From the NCBI GenBank assembly GCA_038231275.1, contig JBBRLQ010000022.1, positions 67,539-131,538 on the forward strand: DNA of 64,000 nucleotides, read 5' to 3'. The position numbers and the translations under genes were made by a program. This document shows positions 33,080-42,425 of the stretch, piece after piece. Origin of the DNA: Polyangiales bacterium. GTDB taxonomy: Bacteria; Myxococcota_A; Polyangia; Polyangiales; Polyangiaceae. The notes beneath the pieces were generated by a model. The model was not told the origin of the DNA. It did no database searches and saw only the letters and a list, made by a program, of their open reading frames with translations. Every line of letters begins with the position of its first letter. The first letter of the stretch is position 1.

Positions 33080-34126
33080 ATGAGTCGTTCGATCGCGCGC
33101 GCCACGGTCTTGTCGTTCTCTCTTTCGCTGGGCGTCTCGTTCGTCGCAGCCTCTGCGCTGTCGCCGTCCGTGGCCCATGCGCAAGGCGCCGGGAAGCAAG
33201 CCGCCGCACAGGCGCTCTTCGAGGACGCGAAGAAGCTCATGACGAAGGGCGATTACGGCGCCGCGTGCCCGAAGTTCAGCGACAGCCAGAACCTCGACCC
33301 GGCGCCGGGCACCCAGTTCAACCTCGCCAACTGCTACGAGAAGGCCGGACAGACCGCGAGCGCGTGGGCGACGTTCAAGAGCGCCGCCGCGTCGTACCGC
33401 GCACACAACCGCGCCGACTGGGAGACCAAGGCCCGCGATCGCGCGAACGCCATCGAGCCGAAGCTGTCGAAGCTCACCGTCGTCGTCCCCCCCGAGTCGG
33501 CGGTGCCCGGCCTCGAGGTTCGACGTGATGGACAGGCGCTGAGCGCGTCGGAGCTCGGGGCGCCGATCCCCGTCGATCCGGGCGACCACGCGATCGAGGC
33601 GTCGGCGCCGAACAAGAAGCCCTGGAAGTCGACGGCGAAGGTCGCGACCACCCCCGGCGAGCAGAAGTTTTCCGTCGGTCCGCTCGAAGCCGAGGCAAAG
33701 GCGCCCGTGGCCGTGACGCCGACGCCTGCGAGCACGACTCCGCCGGTGAAGGTCGCCGAGGACAAGCCGCCGCCGGCCAGCGGGAGCGGCCGCAAGACCG
33801 CAGCCTTCGTCGCGCTCGGGATCGGCGGCGCGGGGCTCATCGTCGGCGGCGTCACCGGCGTCATGGCCCTCTCCAAGAACAAGACCGCCAACGACGCATG
33901 TCCCAACGACGGCGCGTGCGCGAGCAAGGACGCCGTCGACGCGAACAGCTCAGCGAAGAGCCTCGCCACGATCTCGACCGTCGGCTTCATCGTCGGCGGC
34001 GTCGGCGTCGCGGCGGGCGCGGTGCTCCTCCTGACCGCGCCCAGCGCGCCGAAGACCGGCTCGATCCACGTCGTGCCGACCGCAGGCCCGACCGGCGGCG
34101 GGCTCGCGGCGTTCGGCACGTTCTGA
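33080..34126 (+). CDS. TPR + PEGA domain protein with C-terminal hydrophobic hairpin
   Basis: Signal peptide; ALF..A...ACPKF.DS..LDPAPGT.FNLA.CYE; PVDPGDH.IEASAP. Confidence 0.85.
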   Translation: MSRSIARATVLSFSLSLGVSFVAASALSPSVAHAQGAGKQAAAQALFEDAKKLMTKGDYGAACPKFSDSQNLDPAPGTQFNLANCYEKAGQTASAWATFKSAAASYRAHNRADWETKARDRANAIEPKLSKLTVVVPPESAVPGLEVRRDGQALSASELGAPIPVDPGDHAIEASAPNKKPWKSTAKVATTPGEQKFSVGPLEAEAKAPVAVTPTPASTTPPVKVAEDKPPPASGSGRKTAAFVALGIGGAGLIVGGVTGVMALSKNKTANDACPNDGACASKDAVDANSSAKSLATISTVGFIVGGVGVAAGAVLLLTAPSAPKTGSIHVVPTAGPTGGGLAAFGTF

Positions 34127-34196
34127 GCGGCGCCCGTCCGCCCCGCGCGCCGCGCGCACGCGCGAAATAGCGGCAAATTCCGGCCATCTGTGGCAA

Positions 34197-35750
34197 ATGG
34201 GGGCGATGGCAACCGTTCCCATGGACGCGAAGGTCGTCGCGGAGTGCCGCGCGATCGCCGCCGAGATCGCCGACGACGTTCAGCGCTACATCGACGCGCA
34301 TACGAGCGTCGGCGTGGAGCGCACGATCCTGCGCGCGTTCGGCGTGGACGGAGTGGACGATCAGGGCGCGCCGCTCGTGAACGTCGCCGTCGATCGGTAC
34401 CAGAAGGCCGGGCTGCTCGACCGCGGCATCAGCTACTGGCTCGCGCGCGCGCTCGACGCCGGGATGAAGGACCCACAAGAGGCCGCTGAGCGACTGGCGT
34501 ACGGGCAGGAGCTCGATCGCGGCGAAGGCGGTCTCGACGCTGCGCAGGCACGCGCGCTCCTCGCCCCTCACGTCGACCAGGCTATCGCCCGCATCGACAA
34601 GGCCAAGGAAGCGCGCGAGGCGCTCAAGGCGCGCATCAAGGCCGGCGACACGCCGCACAAGTACGTCATCGTCGCGACCGGCAACATCTACGACGACGCG
34701 GTCCAGGCCAAGGCCGCCGCCCACGCGGGCGCCGACATCGTCGCCGTGATCCGCGCGACCGCGCAGTCGCTCCTCGACTACGTCCCCCACGGCGCGACGA
34801 CCGAGGGCTACGGCGGCACCTTCGCGACGCAGGAGAACTTCAAGATCATCCGCCGCGCCACCGACGTGGCGACCGAGGAGTACGGCCGCTACATCCAACA
34901 GACGAACTACTCGAGCGGCCTCTGCATGGCGGAGATCGCGTGGATGGCGGCGGTCGAGCGCCTCGACATGCTGCTGAACGACGCGATGTACGGGATCCTC
35001 TTTCGTGACATCAACATGTGCCGCACCTTCGTCGATCAATACGTCTCGCGCCGCTTCATCGCGCGCGCCGGCATCGTGATCAACACCGGCGAGGACAACT
35101 ACCTCACGACCGCCGACGCCGTCGAGAAGGCGCACACGGTCCTGTCGAGCCAGTTCATCAACGAGGCGTTCGCGCTGCGAGCCGGCTTGAAAGAAGAGCA
35201 GATGGGGCTCGGCCACGCCTACGAGATCGATCCGTGGCTCGAGGACAGCTTCCTCATGGAGATGGCGCAGGCGCAGCTCATTCGGCAGATCTTTCCGAAG
35301 CACCCCATCAAGTGGATGCCGCCCACCAAGCACAAGACCGGCGACATTTTCTTCGCGCAGGTGCACGACGCGATGTTCAGCCTGGTGGGCATCACGACGC
35401 ACCAGTCGATCGAGCTGCTCGGCATGTTCAGTGAGGCGATCCACAACCCGCTCCTCATGGACCGCTACCTGTCGCTGAAGAAGACACGATACGTGTACAA
35501 TGCAGCCAAGCACCTGGGCGACGAAATCCAGTGGAAGCCGGACGGCCGCATCGCCGCGCGCGCCAAGCAGGTCCTCGGAGAGGCGCACGAGCTGCTCCTC
35601 GACGTAAAGCGGACGACCATCTGGGAGGCGATCGGCAACGGCGCATTCGCCGACGTGAAGCGCACGCGGACGGGCGGCAAGGGGTACGCGGGAGTCGTCG
35701 CGCGGGCGAAGGACTACGTGAACCCGATCCTCCAACGACTCGAGCGCTGA
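34197..35750 (+). CDS. kamD: Lysine 5,6-aminomutase alpha subunit
   Basis: YVIVATGNIYDD, AVIRATAQSLLDYVP.GAT.EG.GGT.ATQEN, NYSSGLCM.EIA, NTGEDNYL, MPPTKH. Confidence 0.96.
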   Translation: MGAMATVPMDAKVVAECRAIAAEIADDVQRYIDAHTSVGVERTILRAFGVDGVDDQGAPLVNVAVDRYQKAGLLDRGISYWLARALDAGMKDPQEAAERLAYGQELDRGEGGLDAAQARALLAPHVDQAIARIDKAKEAREALKARIKAGDTPHKYVIVATGNIYDDAVQAKAAAHAGADIVAVIRATAQSLLDYVPHGATTEGYGGTFATQENFKIIRRATDVATEEYGRYIQQTNYSSGLCMAEIAWMAAVERLDMLLNDAMYGILFRDINMCRTFVDQYVSRRFIARAGIVINTGEDNYLTTADAVEKAHTVLSSQFINEAFALRAGLKEEQMGLGHAYEIDPWLEDSFLMEMAQAQLIRQIFPKHPIKWMPPTKHKTGDIFFAQVHDAMFSLVGITTHQSIELLGMFSEAIHNPLLMDRYLSLKKTRYVYNAAKHLGDEIQWKPDGRIAARAKQVLGEAHELLLDVKRTTIWEAIGNGAFADVKRTRTGGKGYAGVVARAKDYVNPILQRLER

Positions 35751-35825
35751 TCCCGAAGAGAGGGTGGGCGCGCCTCCGGCCGCCGGGCTTTGGCCAAATC
35801 ACCTCGAAACGCCTAGAGTTCACAC

Positions 35826-36590
35826 ATGCATCCGACCCCCCCGGCCAAGCCGCTGCGCGCCTACGGCGATCGCGAAGGCGACGGCATGGTCCAAATGAGC
35901 TTCGTGCTCCAGATCCCGCCTGGCGCCCGCGCGCGGGAGGCCGCCAAGCGCTTCGGCGAGAGCCACGGCCTCCGCGAGCCGATCGTCGCGACGATGGAGC
36001 GTTGCGCCGAGGGCTACTCGTACTTCGTCGTCTACGGGCACTCCAAGCACTCGGTCGACGTCTCGCAGATCGACGTACCGGAGATCCGCACCGAAGCCCT
36101 CACGCGCGAAGAGATCGAGCACCGCATCACCACGCGCTTCGGACGCAAGATCATCGTGGTCGGCGCGTGCACCGGCAGCGACGCCCACACCGTCGGGATC
36201 GACGCGATCCTGAACTACAAGGGCTACGCGGGCGACAAGGGGCTCGAGAGCTACAAGGGCTTCGAGGCGTACAACCTCGGCGCGCAGGTCGAGAACGATC
36301 AGCTGCTCGCGAGGGCGAAGGCGCTCGATGCCGACGCGATCCTCGTGAGCCAGGTCATCACGCAGCGCAACTGCCACAAGGAGAACGGGCAGGCGCTCAT
36401 CGAGATGGCGAAGAAGGAGGGCGTGCGCGACGAGTACGTCATGCTCTTCGGGGGGCCGCGTGTCGACCACAAGCTCGCCCTCGATCTCGGCTTCGACGCG
36501 GGCTTCGGGCCTGGCACCAAGCCGAGCGACGTCGCGGGATTTCTCGTCGAGAAGCTCTGCGGCGCGGAGCCTCCGCCACTCAGGACCTGA
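35826..36590 (+). CDS. kamE: Lysine 5,6-aminomutase beta subunit (B12-binding)
   Basis: YGD..GDG..Q.SF; DAHTVGIDAILNYKG (DxH B12 ligand and PLP Lys); GGPR, DAGFGPG. Confidence 0.96.
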   Translation: MHPTPPAKPLRAYGDREGDGMVQMSFVLQIPPGARAREAAKRFGESHGLREPIVATMERCAEGYSYFVVYGHSKHSVDVSQIDVPEIRTEALTREEIEHRITTRFGRKIIVVGACTGSDAHTVGIDAILNYKGYAGDKGLESYKGFEAYNLGAQVENDQLLARAKALDADAILVSQVITQRNCHKENGQALIEMAKKEGVRDEYVMLFGGPRVDHKLALDLGFDAGFGPGTKPSDVAGFLVEKLCGAEPPPLRT

Positions 36591-36613
36591 CCGGAAAAGC
36601 CTGGTCAGTCTTT
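36587..36613 (+). terminator. Putative hairpin terminator after kamE
   Basis: CTGACCGG-loop-CTGGTCAG stem followed by TCTTT. Confidence 0.45.
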
Positions 36614-36653
36614 CCGTCAGGAAACGTTTCGCTCCGCTGCGCTTCGCTCCACT

Positions 36654-38486
36654 TCACCGGGGCGGCAAAAAATCGACCGTGAGGCCAACGTCGACGCCGG
36701 GGCGGCCGAGGCGGTGACCGCCAGCCGCGCGGACGACGAGGCACCCACACTTGTCCCGCAGCTCGATCGACGCGCGCGCGGCGAGGAGCTCGCGCGCGGA
36801 GAGATCGCCGTCGGCACCGAAGCTCGTGGTGATGACGCGCGACCATGGGATCGAAACGCGTGGGCCGCCGGTGAACCCCTCGAGCGCGAGGAGGCCGCTC
36901 GACGGCTCGAGGGGCGCGTCGGTCAGCGCGCGCGCGGCGACCGGATCGACGCCGTAGCGGACGGCGACGAGGACGCCGAGGTGGATGCTGTCGGCGCGAC
37001 CGAGCCGATAGCGCGTGATCGCCGCGACGCCGGCCGGCGTGGTGCCCGCAAAGACGCGCGCGACGTCGGCGCCGGTTCCGACCCACTTCGTCGTGGTCGC
37101 GCCGCGCCAACGGAGCATCGGGCGCGCGCGCGACGCGTCGCCGAGCGCGCCGAAGGACGCCTCGAATTCGCTGCCTTCGCGCGCGCCCCAGCGGCCGAAC
37201 GCGTTGTACACGGTGCCTTGCGCGACCCACGCCGCGCCGTGAACGAGCGCGGCGCCGCGACCCGGGAGCGCGCCGAGCACACCCTCGTCGTGCGCGCCGA
37301 GGAGGGCGGCGGCGACGCGCGGCTCGAACCGGTGCCGGATCGGATCGGTCGGCTCGTCCTTCGACTCGTACGCCCGTACGAATGGAAGCGCGAGCTCTCC
37401 ACGCAGCGCGCCGGTGCCGTCTTTCCCGCGGTGCTCTCCATCGTCGGCGACGTCGCCTGCGCCGCGCGCAGACACGGAGGCGCCGACTGGACCCACGCGC
37501 GTCGCGAGCATCGTCCCGGCCTCGGCGCGCGCATAGGCCAGCGCGCGCAGACCATCGCCGCGCAGCTCGCCCCCGTCGACGGTGGCGTCGAAGGCTCCCA
37601 CCGCGCCGAGCGCTTCGCTCACCCGCGCAGCCGCCATGGGCCCGGCGGCCCCGACGTCGAGCGGTCCCGCCCCCCGAACGGCGACGCCTCTCACGCCGGT
37701 CGCCAGCGTGAGAGGCCCCGCGCGCCACGACGTCTCCGCGCGCGCGCGATCGAAGACGCGCGCAGACGCCTCCAGATCCGAGGTGCCGAGGATCCCGCGT
37801 GAGCCGCGGATCGCGTCCACGTCCCACGCGACGCTCCCGAACGCCCCCTTTGCGTCGACTGTGATCCCGTCGTCCCCCTTCACGCGATCCCACCGCACGT
37901 GCGTGAGGGTCGCCGCCGTATGCGACTGCGCGTCGATCGCGACGCCCCCCACGGTGTATCCCGCCGCCCGAAGATCGACGCCGTTCTCCGCGTCTCCAGG
38001 CGCGAGCGGCAGGTGCACGCCCTCACCGAGGAGCATCCCGTCGTGCCCGCGGTACGAGATCTCGGGCGGCAGCACACCGACGCGACCCGGCGATCGCAGC
38101 CAAAAATACGGCAACCACGCGACCGGCACGTCGTACACGCGAAGCGTCGGATCGGTCAGGAACAGATCGCCGGGAGGCGCGACCGTTGCCCCGTCGAACC
38201 CCACCGCGAGCGGCGTCCCCAGGCACGGACAGAACGCGACCTGTCCCTTGCCGTCGACCTCCGCGCCGAAGCGGGTGCGCTTCACCAGCAAGCGGTCGCT
38301 CGTCAGGTAGAACGGCGGCGAGTCGACGCGGACGTGACCTTGCAGCGCGAGCTCGTGCTCACGCCCGTCGATCGCCACGTCGTCCGCGCGCGCGTCCACC
38401 GCCGGGGGCAGATCCGGCTCCTGTGCCGCAGCGCTCCGCGCGACGAGGGCGAGCGCGGCCGCCTGAATGGAGCGCCCACGCGCCAA
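36654..38486 (-). CDS. LptD-like outer-membrane protein
   Basis: N-terminal OstA-like jellyroll (ADDV...LQGHVRV...CPC...DVPVAWLPY) followed by beta-barrel strands; divergent. Confidence 0.65.
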   Translation of the reverse strand: MARGRSIQAAALALVARSAAAQEPDLPPAVDARADDVAIDGREHELALQGHVRVDSPPFYLTSDRLLVKRTRFGAEVDGKGQVAFCPCLGTPLAVGFDGATVAPPGDLFLTDPTLRVYDVPVAWLPYFWLRSPGRVGVLPPEISYRGHDGMLLGEGVHLPLAPGDAENGVDLRAAGYTVGGVAIDAQSHTAATLTHVRWDRVKGDDGITVDAKGAFGSVAWDVDAIRGSRGILGTSDLEASARVFDRARAETSWRAGPLTLATGVRGVAVRGAGPLDVGAAGPMAAARVSEALGAVGAFDATVDGGELRGDGLRALAYARAEAGTMLATRVGPVGASVSARGAGDVADDGEHRGKDGTGALRGELALPFVRAYESKDEPTDPIRHRFEPRVAAALLGAHDEGVLGALPGRGAALVHGAAWVAQGTVYNAFGRWGAREGSEFEASFGALGDASRARPMLRWRGATTTKWVGTGADVARVFAGTTPAGVAAITRYRLGRADSIHLGVLVAVRYGVDPVAARALTDAPLEPSSGLLALEGFTGGPRVSIPWSRVITTSFGADGDLSARELLAARASIELRDKCGCLVVRAAGGHRLGRPGVDVGLTVDFLPPR

Positions 38487-38498
38487 GGCGATCGCTCG

Positions 38499-39266
38499 TT
38501 AATTCTTCCTCTTCACGCGCATCGACGCCGGCCTGGGTCGCGACGTGTCGATGGCGTTCGGATCGGCGGTCGGACCGGTCGGCGCCGCCGGCCCCCCAAG
38601 GAACTCCCCTTTCGGGAAGTCGATCGCGAGGACCGCGCCGTTGTCCTTCGCGGGCTCGAGCTTCCACGTCGGCTGCGCGGTGTTGCGCAGCTCGACGATG
38701 AACAGGAGGTCACCGCCCTGCGGGACGAGCCGCGCACGCGACACCGGCGTGTTGAAGTGAACGGTCACGAGCGCGTTCTCGTTGTTGTGCTTCACGACGT
38801 GCGCCCCCTTGAGGACGTACGTGATGGTGCCGGCCGCGCGCTTCTCTTCGACCGGAACGGTCTGCGTGAGCTGGACGAAGAAGCGCGAGCCACCCTCCGG
38901 CATCATCTCGAAGCCGGGAAGCGTCGCGATCGGCCCCGACGCACGGGCGGCGATGCGACGAGAACGCGGCGCAGCCGTCCCTCCTCCGCCTCGGCGCGGC
39001 GTCGGATCGGAGTAGCCGTATCCGGTCGCCTCGACCTTGGGCTTCGGCGGATCGGTGGTCGCCCCCTGCGTTCCGCCAGGCGCCACCGGGTCGCCAGGTG
39101 TCACCGGAGCGGCCGCGGCACCCCCCGGCGCGGGAGCCGCTGCGGGAGGCGGCGCCGGCGTTGTCGTGGGCGCTGGACTCGCGGTTTGCGCGACGGCCCC
39201 GACGGGCAGCAGAAGCAGCGGAAGGGAGAGCAGCAAGGCGGGCACGTGGACGCGAGCGGTCGCCAT
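38499..39266 (-). CDS. Secreted AMIN-like domain protein
   Basis: Signal peptide; Pro/Ala linker; NTPVSRARLV....DL..IVELR...L.IDF. Confidence 0.65.
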   Translation of the reverse strand: MATARVHVPALLLSLPLLLLPVGAVAQTASPAPTTTPAPPPAAAPAPGGAAAAPVTPGDPVAPGGTQGATTDPPKPKVEATGYGYSDPTPRRGGGGTAAPRSRRIAARASGPIATLPGFEMMPEGGSRFFVQLTQTVPVEEKRAAGTITYVLKGAHVVKHNNENALVTVHFNTPVSRARLVPQGGDLLFIVELRNTAQPTWKLEPAKDNGAVLAIDFPKGEFLGGPAAPTGPTADPNAIDTSRPRPASMRVKRKN

Positions 39267-39382
39267 GACGAAAGTAGAACACGCCTTAGGGTGTGGGTTC
39301 AAACTTGCGTCAAACTTCCACGTTTTCACGGCGCTTTTCGCCCACAACGTAGGTCATCCCCGCTCGCGCGTCCGCGTCGCCT

Positions 39383-40633
39383 TCAGAGCGATTCGAGGCG
39401 CCCGATGTTCTTGACGGGCCTCGGCTGCTTCGCGGTCTTGCTCGCTGCTTTGGCCTTCCGGCCACTGCCCCATTCGTAGAGCTTGTCGAGGTTCACGGTG
39501 ATGTCGAAGAAGACGCGCGCGTCGGGGCTCCACCAGATCACGTCGCCGCCGACGATCCCGCGGCGCTGACCGTTCGGCGCGATCTCGCTCGCCAGGTTGT
39601 AGTACCCGAGGCCGAGCGACAGCTCGTCGAGGAGCGCGTACTCGGCGCTCGCGATGAACCAGGTGCGCTGCGTGAAGAGCGTGTCGTCTGCCGAGCGCGG
39701 CACGAAGACGTCCCCTCCGGAGATCGGCACGTTCACCGCGCCGGGGGCCGAGTAGTGCCACGAGTTGATCCAGATCATGTCGAGGCCGGCGCCGAGCTTC
39801 GGCGTGATCTGCAGGCCGCCGTGGATCGCCGCGAGGAGGGTATGGTTCGAGAGCGGCGTCCCGCGCAGCTGATCGCTGACGAACGTGCGCCCTTCGGTGT
39901 TCTGCCGGACGTAGTTCAGCTCGCCGTTCGTCGGCGTCGTCGCGCGCGAGAACGGGTGCGAGTACGCCAGGCTCAGCGACACGTCGGCGCCGTTCAGGAA
40001 CTTCGCGTTCTCGCCGTTGATGGTGAACTTCTGCTGCGCGGCTGCGGTGAGGCCGGTCGTCACGTAGACGCCGTTGCCCTGGCTCTCTTTGGACGTCGGC
40101 CACAGCGCGCGCAGGCCGAAGGTCGTGCGAAAATTCTTGCTGATCGCCTCGACCGGCGTCGTGTAACGAAGGTCCGTCCAGATGTCGCCGAAGACGTCCT
40201 CGCGGTATTTCGTCGTGTCGCTGGAGTTCGTCATCTCCTTGTTCAGGTCCATCCTGGCCCACACGTAGACGTGGTCGCTGAAGTACCAGCGCGGACGGAA
40301 CGAGAACCAGAGCTCGTAGAGCGGGACGTACGACTGTTGCGGGCTCGTCTGGAGGTGCGCGGTCTGCGTCGTCATCGACTGATCGAAGAGTAACGTCGTG
40401 CCGCGCCAGGGGAGCGTGCTCTCCTTCTTCTTCGTGTCGACCGCCTCGGCGCCGCCGGCTTCGTCCTTCGGAGGCTCGTTCGCGGCGGACACCACGGGCT
40501 CGGCGGACGTCGACGCGCCCGCGGACGTCCCCGCCGCGGAGTCGCCCGACGACTGCGCGAGCGCCTCTGCGGACGCGAGCGTCGACGCGGACGCCGCCAG
40601 GAGGCCGATGAGGACGGAGGCTCGAACTTTCAC
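39383..40633 (-). CDS. Hypothetical outer-membrane beta-barrel protein
   Basis: GAAGGAG RBS before GTG; signal peptide; alternating aromatic beta strands. Confidence 0.7.
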   Translation of the reverse strand: MKVRASVLIGLLAASASTLASAEALAQSSGDSAAGTSAGASTSAEPVVSAANEPPKDEAGGAEAVDTKKKESTLPWRGTTLLFDQSMTTQTAHLQTSPQQSYVPLYELWFSFRPRWYFSDHVYVWARMDLNKEMTNSSDTTKYREDVFGDIWTDLRYTTPVEAISKNFRTTFGLRALWPTSKESQGNGVYVTTGLTAAAQQKFTINGENAKFLNGADVSLSLAYSHPFSRATTPTNGELNYVRQNTEGRTFVSDQLRGTPLSNHTLLAAIHGGLQITPKLGAGLDMIWINSWHYSAPGAVNVPISGGDVFVPRSADDTLFTQRTWFIASAEYALLDELSLGLGYYNLASEIAPNGQRRGIVGGDVIWWSPDARVFFDITVNLDKLYEWGSGRKAKAASKTAKQPRPVKNIGRLESL

Positions 40634-40891
40634 GCGCGACGTGCTCCTTCGCGAGGCGATCTTAAGTGCGCGGCAGGGCTACGGAAGTCAATCGCCGTCG
40701 CCGGAGCCGCGGGCGCGAGACCCATCCTAGACGAAAGCACACCGCGTACCTGAACGAAATTCCAGGAAACTCCTCGGGATTCCGGTCACGGTCCGCAGCG
40801 CCGTAAGCCGTCTGACGGCGTCCGTTTTCCTGCCGGTGCGCGCGTTTCGTCGTTGCCGGTGAATCGTGAACCGGCTACGCCGAGGGCCACC

Positions 40892-41341
40892 ATGGATCAG
40901 ACGTTGCCGGCCACGGAAATCACCGCGCTCCTCGGCAAGGGGACGCGCTTCGAGGGGAAGCTGCACTTCGAAGGGCGCGTTCGCGTGGACGGCATCTTCA
41001 AGGGCGAGATCAAGAGCGACGACACGCTCATCATCGGCGACGGCGCCGAGGTCCACGCCGAGATCGACTGCGGGACGGTCATCGTCCGCGGCGGCATCGT
41101 GCACGGAAACATCCGCGCGAAGAGCACGCTCGAGGTCCACGCGCCGGCGAAGCTGATCGGCAACATCCACTCGCCGTCGATCTTCATCGAGCGCGGCGTG
41201 GAGTTCCAGGGCAGCTGTCGCATGGATCCGATCGACGCCGCCGCGGCGCAGCACGCACCGGCCGCCGCGCCGAGCGTCCCAGCCGCTCCGGCCGCTCCGG
41301 CCGCTCCGAAGGCGGCCGCCAAGGACCAGGCGCGCGCCTGA
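40892..41341 (+). CDS. Bactofilin (polymer-forming cytoskeletal protein)
   Basis: LGKGTRFEGKL.F.G.VRVDG...GEI...L.I...AEVHA...G.V.GNI...IERGVEFQGSC; Ala/Pro tail. Confidence 0.92.
   Translation: MDQTLPATEITALLGKGTRFEGKLHFEGRVRVDGIFKGEIKSDDTLIIGDGAEVHAEIDCGTVIVRGGIVHGNIRAKSTLEVHAPAKLIGNIHSPSIFIERGVEFQGSCRMDPIDAAAAQHAPAAAPSVPAAPAAPAAPKAAAKDQARA
41282..41308 (+). repeat. 9-bp tandem repeat x3 (GCCGCTCCG) encoding the AAP tail of the bactofilin
   Basis: Three exact copies. Confidence 0.8.
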
Positions 41342-41376
41342 TCTGCGACGCTCGCGGCGCCGTCGCGGCCATCTTT

Positions 41377-41829
41377 TTGGTCGCGTGCGGCGCAGAGCCT
41401 CCCCGCGCGCGCGCGATCGCCGCGGCGCCGGTTCCGATGGACGCGGGGCGCTCGGACGCCGCCGATGGTGCGGCGACCGATCCGCTCCCCGCCGTGGCGC
41501 GGATCGCCGAGAGCGGCGCCGCCCTCGCGCCAGGCATGCGCGAGATCGTTCGTCTCGACGAGGAGGCTCCCTTCGAGCGCGCGCTCGTTCGCGCCGCCGA
41601 GAAGGACACCTGCGCGCGCGTCGCGTTCGCCGCGACCGAGCCGCTCGTCGTCACGCTCCTCGACGGGGCGGGCGCGACGCTCGACGCGACCCCGCGCGGC
41701 GCGAGCGGCGTCACCGGAACGGCCTGCGTTCAGCGCGCGCGCGACATCGTGCTGCGCGTGGCGCGCGCGGCGGACGCAGATGCTGGAGGCGCGCCTCGGA
41801 TCCGAGCCGTCGCCTTCGCGTCTCCATGA
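41377..41829 (+). CDS. Hypothetical lipoprotein (start uncertain, possibly ~41338)
   Basis: In-frame AAIFLVAC lipobox; LAPGMRE...CARVAF...C pattern. Confidence 0.5.
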   Translation: MVACGAEPPRARAIAAAPVPMDAGRSDAADGAATDPLPAVARIAESGAALAPGMREIVRLDEEAPFERALVRAAEKDTCARVAFAATEPLVVTLLDGAGATLDATPRGASGVTGTACVQRARDIVLRVARAADADAGGAPRIRAVAFASP

Positions 41830-42425
41830 CGTCGTTCGAGCGGAACGCCTAGCCCCACCAGACGCGCGGACGGTCGTGACACGTGCCGGCTGTCGGGATC
41901 GAAAAAGCGCCACGGCGCGTCGGCGATCTCTCCCGCGTAGGCCACGCCCACGCGCGCGGTCACGGTGATCTTCGGCCGCCGCGCGCGCTCTTCCAGGTAC
42001 AGCGGCGGCGCGGTCAACGCCACGCCATCGTGCGCGCGCGTGATGCCGAGCGCGCGCGTGAGGCGACCAGGCCCATCGGTGCGCGCGCCCGCGTCGAAGA
42101 GCGGCTCGACGCCACGGATCAGGACGGCGTGCCCCTTCCCTTCCCCGAGGCACGTCACGTTGAAGCAGTCGTACATGCCGTAGATGAGGTAAACGTACGC
42201 GCGCCCCGGCGGCCCCAGCAGCGTGCGCGTTCGCTTGGTGAGCCCGACCCTCGCGTGGCACGCCGCGTCGTTCGGCCCGCGGTACGCCTCCGTCTCGACG
42301 ATCCGCCCCGCGCGCCGCTCTCCGGTCGGCAGATCGTGCACGAGCGTGGTCCCGATCAATGCGCGCGCGACGACGAGCGCGTCACGCGCGAAGAACGACG
42401 GCGGGAGGACAAGCGATCCTGTCAC
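41730..42425 (-). CDS. mpg: DNA-3-methyladenine glycosylase (MPG/AAG family)
   Basis: VARALIG, GRIVETEAY.G..D.ACH, AYVYLIYGM..CFN, AVLIR, GPG.L..ALGI, RVGV...PWRF. Confidence 0.95.
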   Translation of the reverse strand: MTGSLVLPPSFFARDALVVARALIGTTLVHDLPTGERRAGRIVETEAYRGPNDAACHARVGLTKRTRTLLGPPGRAYVYLIYGMYDCFNVTCLGEGKGHAVLIRGVEPLFDAGARTDGPGRLTRALGITRAHDGVALTAPPLYLEERARRPKITVTARVGVAYAGEIADAPWRFFDPDSRHVSRPSARLVGLGVPLERRHGDAKATARIRGAPPASASAARATRSTMSRAR

